This document shows positions 13,751 through 27,209 of a stretch of DNA of 64,000 nucleotides, piece by piece. The DNA is from Lama glama (Eukaryota), in NCBI GenBank assembly GCA_028534125.1, contig CM052817.1:57600001-57664000 (forward strand). Reading direction: 5' to 3'. Both the position numbers and the translations under genes were made by a program. The notes beneath the pieces were generated by a model. It was not told the origin of the DNA and did not search any database. It saw only the letters and a list, made by a program, of their open reading frames with translations. Position 1 is the first letter of the stretch, and each line of letters starts with the position of its first letter.

Positions 13751-14754
13751 TATTAATTCAACTTACTGCTCTGTTGTAAAAGAATTGTGTATTTTGGTAT
13801 ATACAGAAATGGAGACTTAGAGAAAAAAAATGTATAGCTACATGAAATGATCCCGGTTACCTTGTTGGTATGTGCATATCTATCCAGGGATTTGCTTTGC
13901 ATATTTTGATTGCATGGTACATACAAAAGGGTTAAAATATCAAATTAATTCCTTCCGTTCCAGACAGTTGTTTCATTATAGAATTTTTACTTTTGTCCAG
14001 AAATGAGATTCCTTCCTTTCTCTGTGTATAAATTACTCACTTGTACTGAGGCACATTTGGCAACTTTAGTTCCTAAATCTGCGTCACAAAGGGCCTGGCC
14101 CAGTCCCCTGATGTCAGGGGCTGTGTGGGCAGGAACACTCTCAGTCTCTTCACCATCTCTTTGTTTTCCATTTTGGCAGGAAACCCTGGCTGAGCAACAA
14201 GGACAGAGTAAACCTTTTCACCACTGGCCTTGGATTGGGGGTGCTGGAGGGCAGAAACTAGGAGGAAGGGCAAACCTAGAAATAGATAATAAATGATCTG
14301 GAAAAGCTGAAATGGGTCCACAATGAAGATGAAAGGCAGAACACTTGAAAGTGTCTCCTTCCCAGAGGGCAGAACTAACCCAGTCCTATTGCCTGCAGTA
14401 CTGCCCCTTTGTGAGCTCTGGAAGGCCCGTCTAGGCAACAGCTAACGGAGAAGGGGCAGGGGGACAGGGCAGCTGGAATTCACGCCGCCTGGGTGTTCTG
14501 CTTGGGCGAATTCCGGGTCTCTCCAGGCAAGGCTAGAGGTAGAGTTAGTGGAGAAACCATGGTGCATTATGTCATTTCCCATGGATCTTTTGTTGTGTTT
14601 TCTGCTTCTATTTTTGGAAAAATAATGGTTTTTTCCCTCATAAAAATAAAACTTTCTAGTTTTTTATGACAGATGTTAATGCTAAACATTGACTTCCTGT
14701 TGAGTAATAGCAGCTGATGTTTAGTCTGTGAAGCTATTTTAAGTATTTAAAATG

Positions 14755-14880
14755 TTTTATTTAATCCAACCAATATGGCAATGCTACTTTTATCTCCTTT
14801 CTAAGGATGAGGAAAGTGGGACACACAGTATTAAGTAACCCGCCCCAAGTCACTAGCTGTGAGTGTCAAAGTCTAGCTCC
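14755..14880 (-). mobile_element. MIR fragment
   Basis: ggatgaggaaagtgggacacacagtattaagtaacccgccccaagtcac. Confidence 0.65.
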
Positions 14881-16139
14881 CAAGGGAGCAGCACCTTTAT
14901 CCTCCCAAAGTGTCCAGCGATGGAGCGTGTAGGCAAACCAGGGCTTATCTAGTCTTCTCTAGTGCTCATGTCCTTATGTTCTCAGGGTAAGAGAACAAAT
15001 GACTTTGTGGTGGGCAGCAGATGTATGGAGAGTCTTCATGTTACGTCCATGTAAATTATACCAAAAAAAAAAAAGTTTAAACAGACCATACTAACCTTTG
15101 GTTTAGTTATCATATGATTTCTTGATTTCCTTAAGGTTTATCTTCAATCATTTTGGGTCTCAGGTTTCAAAGCAGTACTCATTTTCATAATTCGATTCCA
15201 GAGAAGATCTGAAGTGTGATTGTGAAGGAACAAAAGTTACTTCTGATAGGATGTCTGGACTCATCAGCGTAACTCAGTATAGAGTAGAAAGTAGAGATAC
15301 GCTGCTCTTGATGAACACTTTTCCACAGGTGTGTGAATACACACATAAGAATGTGTAAATGCACGCACGATGAGGGCACACGATCTTGGCTGGGCTGGTA
15401 AATGTGAAATCACTGATGGGTAAATCTAACTGTAAGTTCTATGTTTGCCTGCAGATATTCAGGGGGAGGTTAGGCACAGGAGAAAGAGTAATGTTATTCC
15501 TATGTTTTTAATATTGCATTCATACAAAAGGACTTTAAAAGCTTTCACACGTGTTCATTAATGAAAGAAAGCTGTAGATTAAGATTCTTTGTAATAGCGT
15601 AAATTCTACAATATTTTTGCTCAATAATGTATTTATGTGGCCATACTTAAATATTGTTATGTCTGATGTTTTGCAACATAAAAAAAATCTTGGAATGAAC
15701 CCAAAATGACAGGAATTTATTCCATTTTCAATTCTGTTTCTTGGCTCAGGTCTTCCCTAACATAGACATAAACAGCTTATCTGAAACTAGAATACTGAAC
15801 TTTCTGGAAGCAGATTTTGTGACTAAATAGGCTCACACAATTTCCTTTCTGAAAGACAGCCATTTATATACAACCAAGAGTAGGTTGACAAGGGAAAAGC
15901 ACTAAGAATGTTACGTGTTTTTAAGTCAGTACTTCTGTTGCTCATAAACTATAGTGAGGTTAAATATTTCAGGTCAGTCCTCGCCATAATTATAAAGGTG
16001 GAAAGTTTTCTTCAGCATATTCCTACTTCTCCTTTCTGTTTTCTTTTTCTTCTTTGGGTTGTAGTCTCCTCTTTTCTTTCCCCACCACTATTACCCCAAC
16101 TACCCCTGCCCCCTTCCCCTCCAGAGGTATATATAATGA

Positions 16140-16350
16140 CCAAAGATTGGACTTCGTAAGGAAAACCTCTATCTTCAAGTCCTGACTCTAGAACCTATTG
16201 CTTTAGCTGATTCACCTGATTTCTCTGAGATCCTTTCCTTATTTGCAAGCTGGGATAAATACTAGTTAATTTACAAAGTTGTCAGGATTCCCAAACGATA
16301 CTGATGAAATGTATGCTACATAGTAGCTCTGACTCTTAAGACTGTTATCA
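16140..16350 (+). mobile_element. MIR fragment
   Basis: tcaagtcctgactctag...tttctctgagatcctttccttatttgcaagctgggataa. Confidence 0.55.
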
Positions 16351-17544
16351 CCCAGGCTGTCCACCTAAAACTGCATTTCTAATTCACACTTACTTCTTCC
16401 CCCTCATTGGTACTCCCATTTTCTGTGTGACTTCATGTTTGGTTACTAAATGAGGAAAGGATTAGACTAATTTAAATATGAGATACAGATTAATGAACAG
16501 TGTGAATTTGATGGGACACAGAGATAAAATTGTTAATCTTTCTTTTAAAAATTACTTCCTTCAACTGTTCTCTGTAGACATTCCGTTTCTATCCCTTAAT
16601 GATATCTTGGGAGAAATCCCATAGGTTTCCTGTCACTTTCAGTTATTAAACATCAGTCTGGGCCAGCTTGTACCCAATTTAAATCTTTCTCATCCTTCCA
16701 ATAGGAACAAGACTTTTTGGCTCAAAAGAGTTGGAGTTGGAAAGTGAAAAGGTCTGATTTAGGGACTTTTTCCCATCCTCCCTTTCCTGAAGCACTTTTT
16801 CTTCTGTTGAAGACAGAAAAGTTAGATGGGAGAAAAGGGTCAGTCAAATGACACACTTAACTGGGGTTGGTCTTTCCCTCTCTTGACTCTGACAGTTGCC
16901 TTGGTTGTGACCTCTGAGTGAAAGTACCAAATGCTGATTCTCTCTTGCGGTACATGTATGAATGCTTTAGGAGACCCTGCAGGAATCTTTATATGTATAA
17001 TTGCAGACAAGAAGGCAGATGTCCAAGGTGATTTAGGCTGGAGTTTGGGAGAGGTTTTGCCACTATCTACCAAACTGTAGCACTTGAATGTGCAGCCTCT
17101 AATCCATGCGTCCGTTCCTGGATCTATCACGGTGGAAGAGAACTCATTTGTGCTGTCTTTGTCTTCACGTACTTCAAATAATGTGGGGACAGAGGCAGAC
17201 CTAGCATTTGAAAAGTAGAGGAATTAAAATGGCTATAACAAAGATGGGAAAAACCGGCAAAATTTGGAACCAACAAAAGCTAAAATATATTTTGTCTGGG
17301 CAAGCCAAAATCTTCAGGACTGTATATTCAGCTTTCCCAATTGCATCTGCTCTGACAATGTGAATACTCCCTTCAGACAAGGAGGGTTTTCCTCTTGGGG
17401 TCTTTGGGGTGTCATCAGATTTGTGCGAGCAAGAAGGTGACACACTTGACATCTGGGCTGCCAGAAATGCCCTAGCCTTTATATATCCCATTCATATAGC
17501 TGAGAAAGGTTATTGGTGAAACTTCGATAGAAATCATTACTGCT

Positions 17545-17690
17545 CTAAGGATATATTGTACAGAACAAGGAATTATAACCATTATCATGTAAGATCATTT
17601 AATCGAGTATAGTCTCTAAAAATACTGAATTATTATGTTGTGCACCTGAAACTAGAATAATATTTCCAATCACTATACTTCGATAAAAAG
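17545..17690 (+). mobile_element. Short L1 3' end (cetartiodactyl type)
   Basis: aaggatatattgtacagaacaaggaatt...aatactgaattattatgttgtgcacctgaaacta...ctatacttcgataaaaa. Confidence 0.8.
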
Positions 17691-17994
17691 CAATAGTCAC
17701 TGGAAAAAATTCTATGAGCTATTAGCAGTTCTTGCCTATAAGCTCATAGCAACTTAGCAAGAATCCTATGAAAAAGATGAAGTAAAATATAGCAAGGTGG
17801 TTACACTCTAAAAAAAAATAAAAATTTGTCTTTTATTTTAATGGCTGCATTAAATTTCTGACCTTCATAATTTTAGCCAGTTACATTAAGATAGATACCT
17901 GTTATTTCCTAGTTTTTGTTGTTATAACTAATGCTACTATGAATATACTTGTGCAACATCATTTTACACAAGTACATGTTTATTTAAAAGCTCT

Positions 17995-19215
17995 TTCCTG
18001 TTTGTCTACTGAGTGCCAGGATGGGGACTAATTGTAACAAACCTGCTTACTACCATAAAATATCTCACAGTTAAATAAAGGAGACAAACATGTCACCAGA
18101 CAGACATAGCCAGGAAAGGGCAGGGATAGTGTGGGGGAAAGGTAGAATGTAGCAGGGGAGAGAAATTAGAATAATGCTGAATAAATTACTTCATTTTTAA
18201 CATGAGGTCAGGGACTTGTTCTCTGTGATTTGCACTTACTCCTCTGCCCCTGGTGCCTGGTACAGGGTTTTTCATAACAGGAGGTTCAGTGACCACTTAG
18301 AAAAGGAGTGACTAGATCTTTAGTTCTAACACTAAGATTGGATGCTGGTCCCAACATCTTTCCTGACTTGCTATGTGAATGTGGGCAAATCATGTTGTTA
18401 TCTGGACCTTTCTTCCCTCATCAGTTACATGGGAGGTGCCACAGTCATGTAATAGGAGCTTGGTGGTTAAGACCACAGTTTGTGGATTCAAACATGGATT
18501 TTTATCATGCCTATCCACTCCTGGCTGTGTGACCGTCCACAGATTACTTAAAAACACTCTGTCTTGAATCCCTCATCTATACAATGAGGCTGATATTAAT
18601 AGTAGCACCTAACTTTTAGAATTATGGAGGAGATATAATAGATAACAAGTATCAGTGCTTAGAACAGAGCCTGCTACATAGTAAAGACTAAATTCATGTA
18701 AGCTCTGTGCTTCTTTCAAAATATAAGCTTATTTTAATTTCAGGGTGATTGTACATGTTACTCTACCTGGGATCGTCTTCCCCTAGATTTTGCCTTTTCT
18801 TCATTCTCACCCAGGGAGGGCTTCCCTAATTGGCCATCTAAGGTAGCAAAACTCTGTCCATCTGTTTTCCTTTTCCTGACATTTTTTCTTTATTCCTCTT
18901 ACTTTTCTTTATTACATACTTTATAGTATGTGTTTATACCATGTCTCCTTCAATAGAACCAAAGTGGCCCAAAGGGAAGGGAGGTTTTCTTTTTGGTTAC
19001 TGCTGCATCCTTGGTGTCTAGAAGAAAGTTTGGCACATAGCAAACCTTCAAAATCAACTATTGACTAAATGAAAAAATAGCTCAGTGAGGTGGTTAATAT
19101 TGTTTTCCCCATTTTACAGATGAAGGGAAGTCATTTGCCCAATATCAGACAGCTAGTGGATAGTAGGTTCAAGACCGAACTTCAGCCTTTTGACACAAGA
19201 GCTCACTCTCAAGCC
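17995..19215. mobile_element. Cluster of L2 3' ends and MIRs in both orientations
   Basis: L2 (tgtctactgagtgccagg; ttggtgtctagaagaaagtttggcacatagcaaacc). MIR (ggctgtgtgaccgtccacagattacttaa...cctcatctatacaatgagg; cccattttacagatgaaggga). Confidence 0.7.
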
Positions 19216-20338
19216 AGGAGTGCTTTCTTTTGCACATGATGTAAATGATGCAAGGTCCTCAAAAATTATTGCTAAACACAAAATTTCACAAAATGACAGT
19301 CATATTCTATTATGTTAGTGGATCAAATAAGTAAAATGTACAATCATCAACAATGATCAAATTAAACAATCATCATGTATGAGTTCCACACAATTATGCA
19401 TTTTAAATAACAGAAAATTCAAAAATATCTTGTTCAAAGAAGAAATGAAAAAAATACTCAGAAAATGTCAGAATTTTTAAGAATGTCTACTGTGTAATAA
19501 CAAATAATAATTTTCAGCCATGAAGTATTAATGGAATTTCAATAAAAAGATAATGTGTACATCTTTGCAGAAAAAAAAAATCATTACTGCCCTAAAACAA
19601 AGTGTGAGCCAATACTCACTACCAGAAAGCTGTTATGAGGAAGTGTAATTGTATCACAATATAGAGCTCAAAGTATTCCACATGCATGTTTGATTCTTAA
19701 CAAGGAATTAAAGCTCAGGTTTTTTCTGTAAAAAGTGGAGATCGTTTTTTTAAAGAGCCAATATACTTTACTCAGAAAAGGGTTTGCATCTCCATTATGA
19801 CACGGGCGAGATGAAATAGTCTTTCTCTCATTAGCTAAAACAAGAGAGATTATATTTAAAAACAAAAGAGATTTTATGTACTTAATTGTGTGTGCACCCA
19901 TGCTATAATGAACACTCTCATTCAGCCATTTTGACAACTGTCAGTGTGAACAGCTCCTTTGAAAACTACCTATCAGGTGTCATCATAACTTATCTCCTTC
20001 TGGGTCAGTAAAATTGTTAAATTTAGGGTCAGCTAGCTCTTTACCTACTAGTCACTTTTTCACTTGGAAGATGAATCTCCTTTTGGACAACAGAGTCTTG
20101 CTTCAGGTCAGGAAGTTTTAATGTTCCTTTCTCTTTCTGTTTCCTGTTTAAACTGGCAAATTTCCCTATGTCCACACTTTAGTCGAATACCCTTTGCCCT
20201 CGGTATTTATTTTCATCAGTTATTCTCTTCCAGTTGCTTTCCTGAGATTCATGAAATATTTATCTAGATGTTTTTATAACAGCCTCAAAAATGGACATAG
20301 GCTACTGCCCAAATGTGCACCTGCTCTGAATAAGAGAG

Positions 20339-20459
20339 TGAGTCAGGGCTCATTGCGCCAATATGTCCACAGCAGCATCTTCCCTGTTGTACAAACATCC
20401 GATTTCTCTCGCGAGAGCTCTGTGGTTCATCCTGTCTCGTTTGTCCACACTTGGTGAGT
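20339..20459 (+). promoter_or_regulatory. Candidate regulatory element or exon end (AP-1, C/EBP-like site, TCTCGCGAGA palindrome, splice donor)
   Basis: TGAGTCA 20339-20345; ATTGCGCCAAT 20352-20362; CTCTCGCGAGAG 20406-20417; TTG|GTGAGT with GT at 20454. Confidence 0.3.
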
Positions 20460-21447
20460 ATTGGATATTTAATTAGTAAAGCCCTATATTTAAAACCTAA
20501 TTTTTGACTTTCTGCATTAACAAAATAAAAAAATAGAGCTGTATGCAAAGCATGCTGTCTACAGAAGACTGAAAAATATTTTAGCAAGTTTCAAAACCAA
20601 AAGTTACTCTACACAAGCTCTAAAATGAGTGTACATATTCTAAATTAATAAAATCTGGTTGACTTTGTTGGGTTGTTGTTGAAATTTTGTAGAAACTTAC
20701 ACTAATTCCAAAAGGGATACTTGAGAGAATGAATTTTAATAGTACTTTTCAAAAGTACTTGAAGGTTCTGAGTAAATTGGAATAGGCTCTTCTAGGAATA
20801 TTACATAATTTTAAACATAAAAATATAGAACATAGTTTTTCAATGTAGACTCAGTCTGGCATCTTAACAAAGGGAAAGCAGTGAAATCACTGAGGTGTAC
20901 TGAATGTACATGCATTTTGGCTAGAGGTTGAATGGTCAAATGTTAAAATCAACAGATGGCCAAGATGGATATCATAATATAGAAAAAATGTCAAATGGAA
21001 AAATAAATGTTATTAAATAAAGTCAAATTATTTAAATTTGTTATAATTTTAGTCATTGTACTTTAAGGCTTAACATTATAGAGTAGGAGCATTTTTTCAG
21101 CATTGGTAGCTAGTAGATGCTCCTATGGTAATTATATTTCATGTTAGTGAGACTAAATGGACCCTCATTTTCAGCTGAGATTGTGGAAGAGCAAATTCAT
21201 TTGTTTGGCTTCTATAATCTAGGGCACAGCTGATTTAACAATGTAACCGTCATTGACCCTCCTCCCCCAATTATAACTAAGTTTCCCACCTCTTCAGCTC
21301 CTGGATTAGATGGTGATGATGAGGTGATGCTAATGATGTAGTCCCACAAATTGATCCTCTGTATCCATCCTGAAGAAGATGCTGTCTGAACATTTTCAGA
21401 AGCAGTCTTTCAATTGTGAATCTCACATTTTTATATCTAATGTTTTC

Positions 21448-23270
21448 TTTTCTATTGAGGTATAGTTGATTTATAATAAGATTTAGGTGTACAACATTGA
21501 TTCATAATTTTAAAGGTTATATCCCATTAATAGTTATTATAAAATATTGGCTATGTTCCTTGCGTTGTACTATATATCCTTGTAGCTTATTTATTTCATA
21601 TATAGTAGTATCTCTTCAACCCCTACCCCTATCTTGCCTCTCCTCCCTTCCCTCTCCCCACTGGTAACCAAGCTTTTTCTCTATATCTGTGAATCTGCTT
21701 CTCTTTTTTTATTGTCACTAGTTAGTTTTATTCTTTTAGATTCTACAAGTGATATCATATATTATTTGTCTTTCTCAATCTGATTTATTTCACTTAGCCT
21801 AACACCCTCCAAGTCCATCTATATTGCTGCAAATGAGAAAATTTCATTCTTTTTTATGGCTGAGTAGTATTTCATTGTGTGTGTGTGTGAGTGTGTGTGC
21901 ACACATCAATTCTTTATCCATTCATCTGGTGATGGACACTTAGGTTGCTTCCATATCTTTTCAAATTTATGTTTTCCTTTTTTTAAATACCCAAGAGTGG
22001 AATTGCTGAGTATATGGCAGTTCTAGTTTTAGTTTTTTGAGAAACCTCTATACTGTTCTCCATATTGGCTGTACCAATTTACATTTCCACCAACAATGTA
22101 CTAAAGTTCCCTTTTCTTTACATTCTTGCCAGCCTTTGTTATGTGGTCTTTTTGATGACAGTCATGCTGACAGGTGTGAGATAATGTCTCCTTGTGGTTT
22201 TAGTTTGTATTTCTCTGATGATTAACAATGTTGAGCATTTTTTCATGTGCCTTTTTGCCATCTGTATGTCTTTCTTGGAAAAATGTCTATTCTGGTCTTT
22301 GGCCCATTTTAAAATCCAATTGTTTGATATAAGTATTGCTTCCCCAGCTTCCTTTTGATTTATGCTTACATGGAATACCTTTTCCATCCCCTCACTTTCA
22401 GTCTGTGTGTGTCTTTAGATCTGAATTGAGTCCCTTGTAGGCAGCTTTTATATGGGTTTTGTTCTTTTTAACCATTCAGAGGTGGATATGGGTTCATGGG
22501 TTCTTAAGGCAGCCTGTCTGTTCATGTGTGGGGCTGTGTCTCTGTCCATTAGTTGCTCAGCCTGAGGCATCCAAGCACTGGCACGTGCAGATAGTTGGGC
22601 CAGGGTGGGGCTGTGTCTTGGGGCTAATAAACTAGAAGGAAGATTCCAAAGTGGTGCTTTCCTGCACCAGTGTCCATGTAGTAGAAGGCACTTCCACAAA
22701 TGGCTGCCACCAATGTCTATGTCCCAAGGGAGAGCAGTAGTTGCATCCTGCGTCTCTGGGAGAATCTCCAGGATCAGCAAGTGGGTCTGATCCAGGTTCC
22801 TATCAAATTACTGCTTCCGCCCTGGGTTCTGGAGTGTGCAAGATTTTGTGTCCACTCTTTACAAGTGAAGTCTCTATTTTCCCCAGCCATCTGGAATTCC
22901 CAAAAGTAAGCCTGGCTGGCCTTCAAAACCAAATGCTCTGGGGACTTGTCTTCCTGGTGCAGGATCCCAGGGCTAGTGAACCTGACGCAGGGCTCTTGCT
23001 CCTTTGAGACAGCCTCTGCAGTTGTGATTATTCTCCTGTTTGTGAATCACCCACCTAAGGGTTTAGGATTTAGTATAGGGTGATTCCACCTCTCCTACCC
23101 TGCTTGTTGTGGTTCCTTCTTTATATCTTTAGTTGTAGAAGATATTTTCTGTTAGGTTATGGTCTTTTTCATTAATGGTTGTCCTGCAAATAGTTGTGAT
23201 TTTGGTGTCCTTGTGAGTGGAGGTGAGCTCAGAGTCTTTCTATTCCTCTATCTTGCTCCGTCTCCCCATC
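21448..23270 (-). mobile_element. Internally deleted L1 with intact 5' UTR start and 3' UTR
   Basis: 3' UTR and ORF2 C-terminus at about 21448-22325, ORF2 endonuclease piece at about 22325-22478, 5' UTR at about 22479-23270 (sense start ggggagacggagcaagata). Probable TSD tctaatgttttc (21436-21447) / tctagtattttc (23271-23282). Confidence 0.85.
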
Positions 23271-23989
23271 TCTAGTATTTTCACATGCATTTTCTGCTTC
23301 ACACGATCACTTGAGAAAAATTTGTTCTTAAACCAGGGACTAGAATTTTGACAATAGAAAAATATGGTTGACTTTCAGGATAATAAAACTTTTCTTGAAT
23401 TCCTATCTGCCATGAGTGTTTCTGTTTCTCATTGGCAAGTATGACATTTCCCTGGAGAGGAATGATGATTAGGTAACGTGTAAGAAATACTCCCACCCTG
23501 TGATATATTGTTTTGATTTCTTCAGCAGCTTTCAATAAAGGAAAGCTTGGCAAGCAACCACTGGTTGTCAGTATATCCTGAGTGGTTGGTATTGTTATCT
23601 GCAAAGTATGTAAGAAGGTTTGCTTTCTATTGTTCATACAACCTTTGAACATGTAATGGCTTTCATTCTGTCTTGGTTGAACATCCTAAATAAGTACAAG
23701 ATAAGTTTAAAATATCTTGATAACATGTAGCTGATCTTTGCTGATATTGATTTTCATTGCAATTTTACCTTTTTGGTGATTACCAATATTTTAAATTAAA
23801 TATTTAAATGTTCATAATGAATTTAAGATAGATTTAGACATCTGATAAAGCAAGTATAGTAAAAATTTTTTATAAATGTAGAATCTAAATAGTAGATACA
23901 TGGTGTCACTGTAATGCTTTTTCAACCTTTCTATGTTTGAAAACTTTTATAGTCAGGAAAAATAATAATTCAAAACAATATGCCTTATA

Positions 23990-24365
23990 TTGTATGTCAG
24001 GACTCTGAGAAAAATACTCAGATTTGCAAACAAAGTTCATTGGGAGTGTTCAGATATGATGCGTGTGAGGGATGGGTAAAGCAAAATAAGGTACAGGGAG
24101 AAGTTGCAAAAGAGGCTTCAGTTGATCTTAAGGGATGTTTGGAAGCTAGCGTAACTCTTTAGAGTCCCAAGTGAGTCAAGGGACCAAAGCCTTTAAACCC
24201 CAATTCAACCAGTTATAGAAGTAGTCTGACTGCAGGGAGTGGGTACAACCTTGGACAAGGCAGATTCCTTCAGTGGGAGGCAACTCATGGGGAAGGACTC
24301 AGCAATGAGCCTCAGCAGTCAACACTCCAAGCTGCTGGAAGAATGTAGCACAGTGTACACTGCAA
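23990..24365 (-). mobile_element. ERVL LTR16-like solo LTR
   Basis: gactctgaga...aaagttcattgggagtgttc...acagggagaagttgcaaaagaggcttcagttgatc. Confidence 0.65.
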
Positions 24366-25143
24366 CTTACTCATTTTTTAAATGATATTAAAATGACCGT
24401 ATATAAAGATTACCTGCATAATCATGTATATTTATCACATATGAGTTCATATTCAGTTGAAGCCAAAGAGTAGCACCATACTTTGGTAGTACCCGTGGCA
24501 AAACCAAATTGTGGCATAACTTATACACATTGGTATTTGGAAAGATTGATTTTTTTTTCCAGAAAATCAATCAGTAAATTATTTTGAAAAAACAAAGCAA
24601 CACCGTGCAAATTAAAGAAATTTATCTTAATTGAATTTAGAACTGCTAATGCATTTTATAGAAACTTGTCTATGTCCACTATAAAAATCTCCATGTTATT
24701 TTTCCCTTTATGATTGAGTCACCTCCTTGAACAACATTCCAATTAAATGTAGAGATATTGAGGTCAATCATATAAATGTGTGAGCTAAATAAGGATACTA
24801 TTAAATGAATTCATTTAGTATGATAGTTGCTCACTTCTCATGTATCAGAAATTGGTCATATTCTTTAAATATATTACATTTATTATACCTGGCAAGTCTG
24901 AAGGGTAAGTATTATTACTCATTGAGACACATAGGAAACAGAATTTAAAAGATTTGTGAATTTTTTCTATTTCTTCTTTTTTCATAACTTGCAAACTTTG
25001 GTGGTCATAAAGCATAGACAGAGGTGAGAAATGTGACCATCATTGGTAGCTATATCATTATGTTTGTGGGCAGAGGTCATAACTCGTTATGAGTCATAAT
25101 GGCACTTATACTTTGACTGTAGTGGTCATGAGGATGATTTCTT

Positions 25144-25803
25144 TTTTCTTTCATCGTGATAAAAAAAACATACATAACATGAGCTCTATCCTCTTAACAA
25201 ATGTCTACATAACTGTTTTGGTAACTATAAGCACAATATTGTACACCAGATCTCTAGAAACTTTTTATCTTGCACAAATGAAACTTTATGCACATTGAAT
25301 AGCAACTTCCCACTTCTGCCTCCTCCCATCTCTTGGCAAACCACCATTCTATTTTCTGTGTTGATGAGTCTGACTTCTTAAGATACCTCATATAAGTGAA
25401 GTCATGTAGTAATTGTTCTTCAATGACTGGCTTATTTCACTTAGCAAGATGTCCTCTAGACTCACTTATTTTGTAGCATATGGCAGGATTTCCTTCTTTT
25501 TATGGCTAAATAATATTCCATTGTATGTATATTCCACATTTTGTTTACCCTTTTATCTACTGGTGGGCATTTTACTTCTTCATCTTGACTGTTGTGAACA
25601 ACACTGCAATGAACATTGGAGTGCAGATATCAATTTTATTTTCTCTTCAGTTCTTCTGGATAAATACTCAGAAGTAGGATTGGTGGATCATATGACAGTT
25701 TTATTTTTAACTTTCTGAGGAACCTTCATATAGTTTTCTGTAGCAACTATTCCATTTTATATTCCCACCAACAGTGTACAAGAATTCCAATTTCTTTACA
25801 AGA
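25144..25803 (-). mobile_element. 5'-truncated L1MA-like element with 11-bp TSD
   Basis: L1 3' end text (gactggcttatttcacttagcaagatgtcctc). TSD gatgatttctt at 25133-25143 and 25804-25814. Confidence 0.9.
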
Positions 25804-27209
25804 GATGATTTCTTAAAATATTCTTTGTGTTGACTTCAAAGTGGTTCAGTGAACCCAGGTATTAATTGGGTAACGTTACTGCTAGGTTTCTGGACATCCA
25901 TCCTAATGTATGGCTGCACTAAAAACCTCTAGGTAAAATAAAATGATGGCTTTCCTTTGTTCCATATCAGAGTGTATTTTGAGGTGCTATGGAGTTGTAA
26001 TTCATAGTCCAAGAATCACTGATATAAAGTTCAAAAATGATGTAGTGATCTGTTTATAATTAAAAAAATTATTATGGAAAAGCAAAAGATGAACTATGAC
26101 TTTGGATATGATATCTTAAATTAAAAAGATACATGTGACAGGAAACTCTGTTATTATTGCTGCTAATAGCAAAAAAAGGTCATATAGTATTCCCTCATGA
26201 GACTGTCAACTAGGGCGTCCATCAAAAATAAGAGGAATTTCGTTGAACGCAAAAGCAGCCCTAGGCAGCGTTTAAATCACTGTGGAGGAGTGTGACTCAG
26301 AAGTCAGTGAATTCTGAAAGTGCACATGTTATTTCTTCCTTTCCTGATTGAGCCACTGCCTAACAGAACAGTCCAATTAAACAAGCTGGTGTTCTGGGTG
26401 TTACTTATGTCTGGGAATCACATTTGGGAAATAAGTACAGGGTCATTGCTAATGAACATCACCGACCATACAGTGTGCCGTGTAAGACTTCTCTATCAGC
26501 ACTACTGACGTTTAAACCTGGGATATCACAGTACTGGTGACAGTTTGAAAACGAGGTGCTAGAACCTGAGAGACTGTGTCAGCTGATGTGTTGATAATTG
26601 CCAATTGAAATGTAGTTCTGACCTATTGATAAAATTAAAAATAAAAAAGACTGCCTGAGGCACAGTGGAATTATCTTGGACCTTCTACCACCCTTAGAAG
26701 AAAAACACTAATACACGAGTATAGCATCTCTTTGAATGTGCAAGTTATTCTAACTCTGAAACTGGGGTAAGGGAGGAGCCATTTGAAATGAAGTTAATGC
26801 CAAAGCATGAGGATGAGAATTTCCATCCCGTGGCCATAATTTGGGACTGTAGAAGTAGAAAATCAGAAGGGACAATCAGGGACAGAGTAGCTGCTTAGTG
26901 TGAGTGCTGAGATGAAAACCAGTTTCCAGTGGGACAAATCTGAAGAACTGAGAATGACCAAGGAAAGGCAGATGAAGGAAAAATGAAAGAATAATCACAT
27001 ATTTTTTTAACAGCCTGACCATAATCAGAAGAGGAGGGTGAAGGTTTACAGGTAAGTAGAGAGCTTACCCATTACACGCTCAATAGTGATTGCATGATTA
27101 AGGTTTGCACCTCAGAGATGAGGGAGAAAGGTTAGAAATTCTGAAATGAAACCTACTGATATTGATCATCTAAGTGCTGGATTCATATTTAGAGTAATTT
27201 CCTTTTTAC

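Noticed and set aside
14475..14514. Near-inverted GGAATTC pair in a small GC-rich patch (NF-kB-like)
   Set aside because: Imperfect and short, with no further support.
15265..15304. Hairpin cagcgtaactc / gagatacgctg
   Set aside because: An 11-bp stem with a mismatch is too short for a pre-miRNA and is expected by chance in 64 kb.
22448..23007. Cluster of 61-110 aa ORFs; a similar cluster lies at 53532-54234
   Set aside because: They fall in GC-richer L1 5' UTRs, where stop codons are scarce.
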